The position numbers and the translations under genes are program-made. From positions 60,140,001-60,204,000 of the forward strand of contig CM060732.1 in the NCBI GenBank assembly GCA_030704615.1: a DNA stretch of 64,000 nt, in the 5' to 3' direction. Below are positions 12,901 through 23,176 of this stretch, piece after piece (the stretch's first letter is position 1; the number at the start of each line of letters is the position of its first letter). This DNA is from Takakia lepidozioides (lineage: Eukaryota; Plantae; Bryophyta). Under the pieces are notes generated by a model. That model did not search any database, had not been told where the DNA came from, and saw only the letters and a list, made by a program, of their open reading frames with translations.

Positions 12901-13335
12901 GTGAAAGAACAGCACTTGTAGGGCCTATGTGAGTTGGGGTTTCAACTTCAAGCTTGAAGGGAGCACAACTCTTGAAGCAACAGGTGTAGAGGGCTGGAAT
13001 AGGCTCTAAGACAGATGCTATGGCCAATGAGGGGAGTGCTTGAATGAGTGCTCACAAGGGCTGGGAACCAGCATGGCTTGGTTGTTTGCCATTGAGTTTA
13101 GTGGCGTGTTTGGGGAGGCTAAGTGAGAAAGAAGGCTTGGTTTGTGGCAACCACCTCATGGCTTAGGGCTACTATTGTGGTGTGTGGGAGCCGAAAGAGC
13201 AAGGATACCTTGCTGATTTCCTCACAGCCACCATAGCTCGGTGGAAAGAAGCCTAGAGTCCAAGAGACACAAACCCTAGCTTGGCGTGGCTAAACCCCTT
13301 GGAGAAATGGCTAAACTGCCAGAGCGGCCATGTGT

Positions 13336-14683
13336 GGGGCTGTGACAGGCTGTGGCAAGCTGTGACGGGCTGTGGCAGCTGTGACAGGCTGTGATGGGCT
13401 GTGTCAGGCTGTGACAGGCTGTGCCCAGTGGCCTTTGGGGCTGTGACGGGCTGTGCGGGGCTGTGACAGGCTGTGCCCTGAGGCCTGTGGGGCTGTGACG
13501 GGCTGTGACAGGCTGTGCCCAGTGGCCTGTGGGGCTGTGACGGGCTGTGATGGGCTGTGATGGGCTGTGCCCTGTGCCCTGTGGGGCTGTGACGGGCTGT
13601 GTCAGGCTGTGACAGGCTGTGCCCAGTGGCCTTTGGGGCTGTGAGGGGCTGTGACAGGCTGTGCCTGAGGCCTTTGGGGCTGTGACGGGCTGTGAGGGGC
13701 TGTGACAGGCTGTGCCCTGTGCCCTGTGGGGCTGTGACGGGCTGTGTCAGGCTGTGGCGAGCTGTGACGGGCTGTGCGGGGCTGTGACAGGCTGTGCCCT
13801 GAGGCCTGTGGGGCTGTGACGGGCTGTGACAGGCTATGCCCAGTGGCCTGTGGGGCTGTGACGGGCTGTAACAGGCTGTGGCAAGCTGTGACAGGCTGTG
13901 ATGGGCTGTGATGGGCTGTGACAGGCTGTGCCCTGTGCCCTGTGGGGCTGTGACGGGCTGTGTCAGGCTGTGACAGGCTGTGCCCAGTGGCCTTTGGGGC
14001 TGTGACGGGCTGTGACAGGCCGTGCCTGAGGCCTTTGGGGCTGTGACGGGCTGTGAGGGGCTGTGACAGGCTGTGCCTGTGCCCTGTGGGGCTGTGACGG
14101 GCTGTGTCAGGCTGTGGCGAGCTGTGACGGGCTATGATGGGCTGTGACAGGCTGTGCCCTGTGCCCTGTGGGGCTGTGGCAAGCTGTGACCGGCTGTGAT
14201 GGGCTGTGATGGGCTGTGACAGGCTGTGCCCTGTGCCCTGTGGTGCTGTGACGGGCTGTGTCAGGCTGTGACAGGCTGTGCCCAGTGGCCTTTGGGGCTG
14301 TGACGGGCTGTGGGGGCTGTGACAGGCTGTGCCCTGAGGCCTATGGGGCTGTGACGGGCTGTGACAGGCTGTGGCGAGCTGTGACAGGCTATGCCCATGG
14401 CCTTTGGGGCTGTGAGGGGCTGTGAGGGGCTGTGACAGGCCGTGCCTGAGGCCTTTGAGGCTGTGACGGGCTGTGAGGGGCTGTGACAGGCCGTGCCCAT
14501 GGCCTTTGGGGCTGTGACGGGCTGTGAGGGGCTGTGACAGGCCGTGCCTCGGGCCTTTGGGGCTGTGACGGGCTGTGAGGGGCTGTGACAGGCCGTGCCC
14601 ATGGCCTTTGGGGCTGTGACGGGCTGTGACGGGCCGTGCCTGAGGCCTTTGAGGCTGTGAGGGGCTGTGAGGGACTGTGACGG
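13336..14683 (+). repeat. Minisatellite array, ~10-bp unit GGCTGTGAC(A/G) with higher-order variants, in the retroelement leader
   Basis: About 1.35 kb of GGGCTGTGAC/AGGCTGTGCC units interspersed with GGCCTTTGGG and GCCCTGTGGG spacers. Confidence 0.95.
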
Positions 14684-15426
14684 CCTGACCAGTGAGCTGT
14701 GTGGGCCTGTGCTGGTCTGTGGTGGCCCGTGTTGACCTGTGGACGGCCTGTGCTGACTCGTGGAGGCACTGGTGGACTGCCTAAGGACTGGCATGTGGTC
14801 TGGAAGGCCGAATTTTGAAGCTCGTGGAGGGCGGTTTGAGGAGTATCTTCATGATATTCCCATGGTCATGCAAGTGAGGATAGAGAGGAGAGGCAGAGTG
14901 TTGGGATGAGAGCATGCTGGGGTTAGGCATTGCTTTAGCTTCTCTTCCTCGTAGTTTCCACCCTCTCATTAGGCCAAGACCTTTCCGTAGGTGGAGGCAA
15001 GAGTCAGTCCGGGTTTGGGCTGGGGTGTCCTTGCAGGAGCAACACCGTGGAGTTGTTTTTGGTGTGGGGGAGTTGTCGATCTGATTTCTTGTGTTTGGAT
15101 CCCCTCCATACCTGCATGCTTGACTGTGCGCCATGCTAGTTTTGTGTGGGCGCTTGTTTTTATAGGTGATTGGTCCGGATTTGATCACCGGCCAGTCCTA
15201 GAGCATGCTGTCGATGGTGAGGCTGGGGTGATGACCAGCCAGACCATCATTGTTTCTCCTGTGGTGAGGTTGGAGGTGATGACCAGCCAACCATAGGAGT
15301 GCTTGCGGTGGATGCAGGTACAGGTGTAGGCTATGTTAGGAACTTAGTATTCCAAACCATAAGCCGCAACAGGTTCTCTACCCGGTTACCTTGTGAAGAG
15401 GGGGTTAGGGACATGTTCATGACCGG

Positions 15427-18400
15427 TTGAGTGTCAACACGGAGGTGCCACTAGTTGCTGGGGACAGTGCCGGTTCGAGCACTAGCGATACTAGTGGGTA
15501 CACGAGACGAGGTGTGCGGTTTAGGCCACCTTCACCTCCTGTGTCTTCTACGGAAGGTTCTGATTCGGATTGTGAATCGGGAGGACTCATACCGGCGGTG
15601 CAAGTTGTTTCTTTGCCATTGTTGTGGGACACAATGGAGGAGATGTATGGAGCTACCAAGGGGCCACGAAGGTACTCTGGGGCGGTGGGCACCATTGAGT
15701 TGGATGATTTTATCCAAGAGTTTGATAGTTGGTGTGATTTGCAGCAAATGCGCAATCCACAACTATTTACGCCGTTCATGGCATGGAAAGGGCTGTTTCA
15801 GCACCTTGAGGGGCCGCCTATGGATGATTACCATGAGTTCAGGCGGGGGCATGAGGTTGAGATCGAGGAGTGGAGGATGTACTGGTCACCCGACTATGTC
15901 TCCATCACTAGGGGCACTAGAGCCACGAGGGCAGTGGCTACACCTGCCGCTGCACCGGCAGCTTCAGCAAGCAGCAGTGGGACTGGTGGTACAGTAGCTA
16001 CGACGTCCACCCAAGCCACTACCGCACCAGCACTAGCACCCGTGCCTGCCTTCAACCCTGTTGTGGAGTTCTTCGAAGAGTTGAGAGGGAACTACCAAGG
16101 GGTGAGGACAGAGAAGTTGCGGAGCTTGCAAGAGTTCCAACGGAAGCCGACCGAGAGCTTGAGGGAGGCTTTCACTCGCATGAGGCGCTTGATAAATGTA
16201 ACCCAAGGGGTTACGGAAGCTCAGGCAGTCCAATTCTGGTATGGGATATTGGACAAGGAGCTGAGGAGAAGGGTGCGGGATGCAACTCTCCTACAAGCGG
16301 CCCAACCCACCTTAGCAAATGTGTTTTTGCTGGCAGAGCGGATAGAGCTCAACATGGTGGAGGAACGAGTGGTCATGGTGGGATTTGCTAAGGAGACACC
16401 ACGGGGTAGTGGTGCTCCTAGCCAACCACTACCTCAACGTGCTCAAGGCAACAAGGGGGCTCAGGTGAAGCTCAGGGAAGGGCAGAGAGGACCTCAGATG
16501 CAGGGGTCTCTCCCTTCATTTGCTGGCCAACAACGGGCGGATGTGGTGTGCTGGACATGTGGAGGACCCCATGTCAAGAAGGATTGTCCAGAGGGAGGCA
16601 AAGGGCCGGCACATGCACAGCCTGCACAGTTACAGTGTGGGCATTGTGGCAAACACGGGCATGGAGAGGCTCAGTGTTATGGTTTGCATCCTGAGTTGCG
16701 CCCAGGCCAGTTCCAAGGGAACAATGGTGGCCGGGGGCGAGGTGGAGCAGCCCAGAGGGGACGAGGTGGCCAGCCACGAGGCCAAGGGCAAGCTCAACGT
16801 GGCCAAGGACGCGGAGGTCAGGGTGTTGACCAAGGCATGGCCAACCGGCTTCAGCAGCTAGAGCAGAGGCTCGCTGCCATGGCTACAGCTCAGGTGGTAC
16901 CGGCTCTAAGGCCGGATGGTCCACCTCCTGCTCCTGAGGGAGGAGATATGGGAGGCATGGGATTCATGTGTGGAGCAGCACTACCACTAGTGCAGGTGGA
17001 GTCTGCTGCAGCCGTGACTCGAGGAGCAGCACGAGTTCCTGAGCCACGAGGTGCAGAGGTGGAGTTGGATCCACAGCGTGGGGAGGCAAGCCGTCAGGCT
17101 AGGCTTCCTCAGTCATTCACATTGGCGGAGACAGTGTCGACGCCATCCATGGCACCTAGTTCTCGCCCGACTGTTACCGAGGCGGAGGTTACTATGCCAT
17201 TGGGGAGAGCTACACGGGTAGCACCACTACCTAGTGTTGCCAAGGCTACGGCAGCTAGTGTGCTGCTAGGAGCGGCCACATCTGTGTGCCAGGCTCCATT
17301 GTTCTCGGCTACCATGATTGCGACGCCGGGGGTAAGACCAGCTGAGGTGTTCAGGCTGGCAGCTACACTCTGTGAGAGTGGGGAGGTTACTTCATCTTCT
17401 GCGGAGATAGTGGGAGGTGTAGTGCCGGAGGGATCCTCGGATTTGAGGGTCAAGACTGCCACGGCGGCGCCATGGCAAGCTGCAGCTGCCAGGTTGATGG
17501 AGCTGCCAGCTAGGCCAGCCATTGAGCGCGCCATGGTGACACCTGGAGTTGTCATGTTAGACAACCAGGATGGCATTTTCTGTTTGAGTGGACCGGCAGG
17601 CAAGAGGTACCGGCCACTGCGAGTCTTGTTGGACTCGGGAGCTCAGCCACTGATGCTGGGCAGAGCTGCTATTGCAGGCTTGGGCCTCACGGAGGCGGAT
17701 ATGGAGCCTTGTCCTTTCCAGATACAGACGTCTCTGGGAGGATCGGAGCAGGCTCGGGGCATGACACGGCATGAGTTGGCTATCAGACTACGGCCGGATC
17801 ACCCTACAGATGGCTCAGTGATGCGAGCCAAGGCCATTGTGACAGACGCAGTCTCATACGATGTCCTGGTTGGTGGGGCAGTGTTGTACCCCATGGGCTT
17901 CACCCTGGATTTTTGGGAGGAGTCAGCTTCCTATAGGCCTGCATGGCAGTCAGGGGAGGGCCGGCGTGTGCAGCTCCCTGTGACGTTCATAGGAGGAGTT
18001 GCGGTTGCCCAGCGAGGCAAGATGCCGACACTAGCAGCATTCACAGCGGCAGTGAGTTGGCCTAGAGAGTTGCTTGAGGGCAATGCTCATTCAGAGGATG
18101 TACCACCTCCGGGAGAGCAGGATGACATGTATGGTATGGCGGAGTTGCCTACCATGGTTGCTCAGACTCCATTGTGGGGCACGAGCAAGGATTTGCAGCG
18201 GGATGCTGATCGACGGGTGCAACAAGCCTGGGTGGAGGCTTTTGTACCGTCAGGAGAGGAGGAGAGTGTGGGGATTGCACCAGGACCACCTCAATTGTCT
18301 CCATTGGACACCACACCTATTGTGTGGCAGTCTCCGGATGAAGGCATTTGTCTTCTGGACTTGTTTGGCGGGATCAGCACCGGATTGGCTGCTGTGTTAC

Positions 18401-19594
18401 AGGCAGGTGTACGAGTTCGGCGTTACCTGTATGTGGAGAGGGATGAGACTGCACGACGCGTTTCACTTCGCCATGTTGCTCAGTTGGTGCAGCGGTACCC
18501 TGAGTTGTTGTCGGTGTCTGCAATTCGTGGATATCAGCAGGCCTTGCCAGCAGACATTTCGTTGCTGGGGGCGCAGGATTTGGAGCGGGTTGGCTCCATT
18601 GATCTGGTAGTGGCAGGTTGGCCCTGCCAAGGGCATTCATCAGCCGGGCATGGCAATGGATTGCGAGACTCGAGGTCGGGTCTGTTTTGGGAGATGGTGC
18701 GGGTTTTGCGCCACTTGCAGCTTCATCAAGCTGTATCTCCAGCATACATCTTGGAGAATGTGCCACTGATGGGCGATTCTCGGGCCAGGGTGATGGCCAG
18801 TGTGCATCAAGTCCGGTCGTGGCTTGGGTCAGCAGTGTTGCTAGGATGCAGCTACAGTGGGGTCACGGGCTCATCGTCCACGGCTATGGTGGACTAACAT
18901 GATGCCACCCGCACTGCTCAAGCGTGCATTTGATGGGGTGCAGCGGCCAGCACATCTCACAGTGGATAACATTCTGGACACAGGGAGGCAGTCTCAACGT
19001 GTGAGACACGATGACCGTTCGCCTTTGGCAGTGGTCAACAAGGTGGGTCAACCACGAGCAGCATTACCTACACTGCTCAGCTTCCCAGGATCGCATGCTT
19101 TCCGGGATAGTGGACCTGGCCTCCTGTGGGATGCTCAGTTGCAGCAGTTAGTGGAGCCTAATGCTGACGAGCGTGAGCGGGCAATGGGTTTTACCACTGG
19201 TACCACGGCGGTGTCGTCTCTTTCTGAGGCATCACGTCGTCAAGTGTTGGGGCAAGCAATGGATCTCAATTGCTTGACCTGGATTATCAGCTTGGCTCTA
19301 GCTGAGCAACGCAGAGTGCGGAATACACTTCCCTCAATGGTCTCTCTGCCTACCGAGACGGTACAGGCAGTGAGTGGGGGCGAGCATATGAGGACCACGG
19401 GGTGCATGCATCCATGGCACACGTGGGAGGTGCTCGAGGTTCAGAGGGAGTTGGCAGCCAAGGCGGCTGTGATGGATGAGGTTGGGGATTCTTCTCGAGT
19501 TGAGGAGGTCCTCAAGGATGAGATGATGGGGCAGGATGATGCCTTGTCATTGACTGAGCAGGTAGGGAGTACTGCTCAAGAGGTTGCAGCATAG
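15427..19594 (+). CDS. Gag - aspartic protease - DNMT3-like C5 cytosine methyltransferase polyprotein (first ATG 15634; +1 frameshift at ~18844 in this copy)
   Basis: Gag MHR-like FQRKPTESLREAFTRM; Zn knuckles CWTCGGPHVKKDC and CGHCGKHGHGEAQC; protease LLDSGA; MTase motifs LDLFGGI, GWPCQ, LENV, AHRPRLWWTN, ERAMGF, RQVLGQAM. Copy 2 reads through the frameshift position in a single frame (LLDAAIVGS). Confidence 0.9.
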
Positions 19595-22500
19595 CAACCA
19601 CGGGACGCGTCCTCTACCTCTAAGCCCACTGGACTTAAGGTTGTAGTTACGGAGGACAATTGGGAGCCTGACATTGGACCCATTGTCACCGGAGGAGAGA
19701 GACGACGTATACGGCGGTTCCTGAGGGCTTACAGGAATTGCTTTGCCTTCAGTTTGAAGGACTTGGGAGCACTGAAGGGTCAAGAGATCCGTATTGAGTT
19801 GGCCACTGACACGCCAATCTTTCGGAGACCCTATAGATACAGTGACATGGAGAGGTCTTTGATTCAGATGAGGACTCAAGATCTCTGGGAGGCAGGTTTG
19901 GTGGAGCTCTCTGGTGGAGAGTATGCTTCAGCCACAGTGATGCCAGCCAAGAAGGATGTCTATGGCAATTGGACGGAGAGACGTATGTGCGGTGATTACC
20001 GGCCTGTAAATCGTCAGACCAAGTCCGATAAGTATGCCATGCCAACACCAGAGGAGATCTTTGATGCCATCGGGCATGCTAAGGCCTTTAGCACTTTGGA
20101 TTTACGATCCGGATATCACCAGTTGCCAATCAAGGAGGCGGACAAGCAGAAGACGGCATTCTGGGGGATCAATGAGCACGGCAAGGATTGCCTATATCAG
20201 TGGCGGTTCTTACCATTTGGGCTTAAGAATGCTCCTGCAGAGTTTCAGAGAGTCATGGATAGGATTCTAGCAGGGGTGGACTTTGCTCGGTGCTACATAG
20301 ATGACATCATCATCTTTAGTGTTACGATGGAGGAGCATGAGAGACACCTTCAGGTGGTATTGGAGCGCTTGAGAGCGCACGGATTGAAGTTGCATCCGGG
20401 GAAGTGCAAGTTTTTCCACAACCAGATTGAGTATCTGGGTCACATGATATATCCTGGAGGATTGGGGGTACAGCAGACTAAGGTAGAGGCCATTGCACAA
20501 ATTCCACGCCCCACGGATGTGAGCCGAGTTCGAGCTTTCATGGGGTTGGCAAACTATTATAGACGGTTTGTCAAGGGATTTAGTACCATTGCAAAGGCTC
20601 TAACCAAGCTGACCAAGGTGGACCAGGAGTGGCAGTGGGAAGATGAGCAGGAACGAGCTTTTCAAGAGCTCAAGGCGAGGTTGACCTCGGCGCCTATCTT
20701 GAGACGACCTATCAGGGGGCGTCCCTTTCAGCTGCATACGGATTGGAGCATGCTGGGGCTTGGAGCGGTGCTCACACAGGTGGATGATGAGGGAAGAGAG
20801 TTCGTAGTGGCTTACGCTAGCCGCTCGAACAACGCTGCAGAGGCTAAGTACAGCTCATATGAGGGAGAGTGCTTAGCTGCAGTGTGGGCCGTGGCACACT
20901 TCAGGTGCTATCTATACGGCAATCTTTTCACCCTTGTCACGGATCACCAGCCACTCAAGTGGTTGATGGAGTCAGACAAGCTTACAGGGAAGCTTGCACG
21001 GTGGGCACTTATACTCCAGGAGTATGACTTTCAGGTTGTGCATCGACCGGGTTTGGTCAATCGGGATGCGGATGGATTGAGTCGCAATCCATGCATGAGC
21101 CAGCAGGATGACACTGGAGCTCGGTGGCATGGTGAGACGGACGAGGAGATGGTGCCGGGATGGCACGCATCTGCATTTTTGTGTATCTTGGCATCGGGAG
21201 GTCAGATTGGACCTACAACAGGGATGACTGTAGACGGAGTGTCTGAGGACCCTGAGGCTAGTGATGAGCTAGGTGGTGCCAGAGATATACATGAGGATTC
21301 GGCTGTGTTGGACTACCTCCGCACGGGAGACACGGCAGCCATTGTGACTGCCAGGGAGAGGGATCGGATCCTGCAACGAGCCAAGAGGTTCAAGTGGGAG
21401 GGGATACACCTACTTCGAGTGTGGGAGGGTGGTCGGGTGAGGATTGTGCCTCACCCCACACAGCGTGCACGGTTAGTGCGGCATGCCCATGAGGAGTTGG
21501 GGCATTTTGGAGTGCGACGCACTCACAGTTTACTGCAGGGGCAGTATTGGTGGCGTGGTATGCATACAGAGGTGCAACAGTTTGTGGCTAGGTGCATGGT
21601 GTGTGACAGGGTGCGTGCTTCATTCAACGCCCCTACACCACAGTTGCATCCTTTACCTATCATGGGATTGGGCTACAGGTGGAGTCTTGACTTCGCAGGA
21701 CCGTTGCCACTGACTATGCGCCACCACAGATATGTGTTGGTGATGGTGGAGCACTTCTCCAAGTGGATTGAGTTGGTTCCATTGCCTGACAAGGCTAGTG
21801 AGGGGGCTGCGTATGCATTCTTGGATCGTGTGCTTAGCCGATTTGGTGCTCCAGCTGAGGTACTCACGGACCAAGGGAGAGAGTTCTTGGGGGAGTTTCA
21901 GGCTTTGTGTGATAAAGCCTTGATAGACCACCGCACCACTTCTCGGGATCATCCTGAGGCCGATGGCTTAGCAGAGAGAGTTGTTCAGACGGTGAAGAGG
22001 GGTTTGCGCAAGTATGGCTTGCAGAAGGGACACCTAGGAGATTGGGATCTTCAGGTTCCTTGGTTAGCCATGGGCTACAGGTTCAGCAAACAAGCATCAC
22101 TTGCCTCCTTCTCACCATATTTCCTTCTCTTTGGCCGAGAGCCGGATTTGCCTGCAGCCATTCGTAGGGACACTGCTCAAGTCCTTAACCTTGACGATCC
22201 GGACGTGTGGGTACGTGCATGTGATCAGCGTGCAGAGTTGTTCAAGAAAGTCATGCCCATGGCTTTTGAGAACCTTGCCATTGCACAGCACCGTGATACG
22301 TTGAGGTATGCCACTATACGTGGTGGAGGATATCGTCCTGGGGTTCGGAGGTTTAGCCCTGGTGACTATGTTTATTTGCAGCAGACTGCTCCTACGACTC
22401 TGGATGTTACTGCAGGGCGTGTTATTCTGAGGGTTCGAGAGGTGTTGCCCTCAGGGGTCCTGATCTTGGAGGGTCGGGATGGCATGACTTGGAAGGACCA

Positions 22501-22729
22501 TGTGCGTAATTGTGCGCCATGTCACCTTCCCAATGTCGATGGCAGAGTTGACCCAAACTTGGCAGTGGTACCTGCAGGTTTGAGGTGCATGCTCTGTGGG
22601 TCTGCCAAAGGGGCAGCCACCATGCTGGTGTGTGATCGATGCTCAAGGGGTTGGCATATGGGATGCTTGACACCACCTCTTGAGAAGGTTCCTGACGGAG
22701 ATTGGTTGTGTCCACACTGCTTGGGATAG
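19595..22729 (+). CDS. Pol: reverse transcriptase - RNase H - DDE integrase - PHD finger; in frame with the upstream ORF across a single UAG
   Basis: RT motifs RMCGDYR, LDLRSGYHQ, PFGLKNAP, YIDD; RNase H TDWS...E...TDH; integrase HHCC plus D(SLDF), D(TDQG), E(LAER); C-terminal C4HC3 PHD. The frame is open from 19595, upstream of the TTG called by the ORF track. Confidence 0.95.
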   Translation, partial: QPRDASSTSKPTGLKVVVTEDNWEPDIGPIVTGGERRRIRRFLRAYRNCFAFSLKDLGALKGQEIRIELATDTPIFRRPYRYSDMERSLIQMRTQDLWEAGLVELSGGEYASATVMPAKKDVYGNWTERRMCGDYRPVNRQTKSDKYAMPTPEEIFDAIGHAKAFSTLDLRSGYHQLPIKEADKQKTAFWGINEHGKDCLYQWRFLPFGLKNAPAEFQRVMDRILAGVDFARCYIDDIIIFSVTMEEHERHLQVVLERLRAHGLKLHPGKCKFFHNQIEYLGHMIYPGGLGVQQTKVEAIAQIPRPTDVSRVRAFMGLANYYRRFVKGFSTIAKALTKLTKVDQEWQWEDEQERAFQELKARLTSAPILRRPIRGRPFQLHTDWSMLGLGAVLTQVDDEGREFVVAYASRSNNAAEAKYSSYEGECLAAVWAVAHFRCYLYGNLFTLVTDHQPLKWLMESDKLTGKLARWALILQEYDFQVVHRPGLVNRDADGLSRNPCMSQQDDTGARWHGETDEEMVPGWHASAFLCILASGGQIGPTTGMTVDGVSEDPEASDELGGARDIHEDSAVLDYLRTGDTAAIVTARERDRILQRAKRFKWEGIHLLRVWEGGRVRIVPHPTQRARLVRHAHEELGHFGVRRTHSLLQGQYWWRGMHTEVQQFVARCMVCDRVRASFNAPTPQLHPLPIMGLGYRWSLDFAGPLPLTMRHHRYVLVMVEHFSKWIELVPLPDKASEGAAYAFLDRVLSRFGAPAEVLTDQGREFLGEFQALCDKALIDHRTTSRDHPEADGLAERVVQTVKRGLRKYGLQKGHLGDWDLQVPWLAMGYRFSKQASLASFSPYFLLFGREPDLPAAIRRDTAQVLNLDDPDVWVRACDQRAELFKKVMPMAFENLAIAQHRDTLRYATIRGGGYRPGVRRFSPGDYVYLQQTAPTTLDVTAGRVILRVREVLPSGVLILEGRDGMTWKDHVRNCAPCHLPNVDGRVDPNLAVVPAGLRCMLCGSAKGAATMLVCDRCSRGWHMGCLTPPLEKVPDGDWLCPHCLG

Positions 22730-22975
22730 TGGCAGTGGACATGACTGGAGGCAGCTAACAAGACATGGGAGGCCAAGCTCATAGGAGTCAATACATGAGA
22801 TCCCAAGCTCAAGTTCACAGGTTGCAAGACGGCGACTAACGATGGGGCTCTTGCACCCGGCCTCTTGATCTATCGAGTTTGAGTGTAGTAGGGATAGTGG
22901 TGGAGGACTTAGTGAGGCTATGGTCACTATCACATCTTGTGGCTACCTGGACTTAGAGGGACCTAAGCACCAGCT

Positions 22976-22985
22976 AGGGGGGCGA
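22976..22985 (+). promoter_or_regulatory. Polypurine tract
   Basis: AGGGGGGCGA immediately before T-TGTGTGG (start of repeat B1); copy 2 has AGGGGGACGA at the same place. Confidence 0.75.
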
Positions 22986-22986
22986 T

Positions 22987-23174
22987 TGTGTGGACTAGTG
23001 ACTGCCATAGTGGGCAGCGTAGTGGCAGCCTAGTGACTGACTAGTTGTAGCCTAGTGGTTGGACTAGTGGCTGGACTAGTGGTAGACTAGTGGTATACTA
23101 GTGTGTGGTGTGCACATGTGTTGTGTGGTTTTGGACAGCGATGTAGTTGTGTAGCGATATGTATGCGCACGACA
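22987..23174 (+). repeat. Terminal repeat B1 (188 bp, TG...CA)
   Basis: Matches 23505-23692 with one substitution seen; rich in ACTAGTGG units. Confidence 0.95.
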
Positions 23175-23176
23175 GC

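Noticed and set aside
13336-14683. Possible CRISPR-like array, or coding ORFs 14261-14794 and 14389-14769 (also 62724-63179)
   Set aside because: The units are contiguous with no unique spacers and the context is eukaryotic; the ORFs are low-complexity translations of the minisatellite.
18343-19290. Bacterial restriction-modification methyltransferase or contamination
   Set aside because: It is fused in frame within a retrotransposon polyprotein in both copies, has DNMT3-like motifs, and is flanked by intron-containing plant genes.
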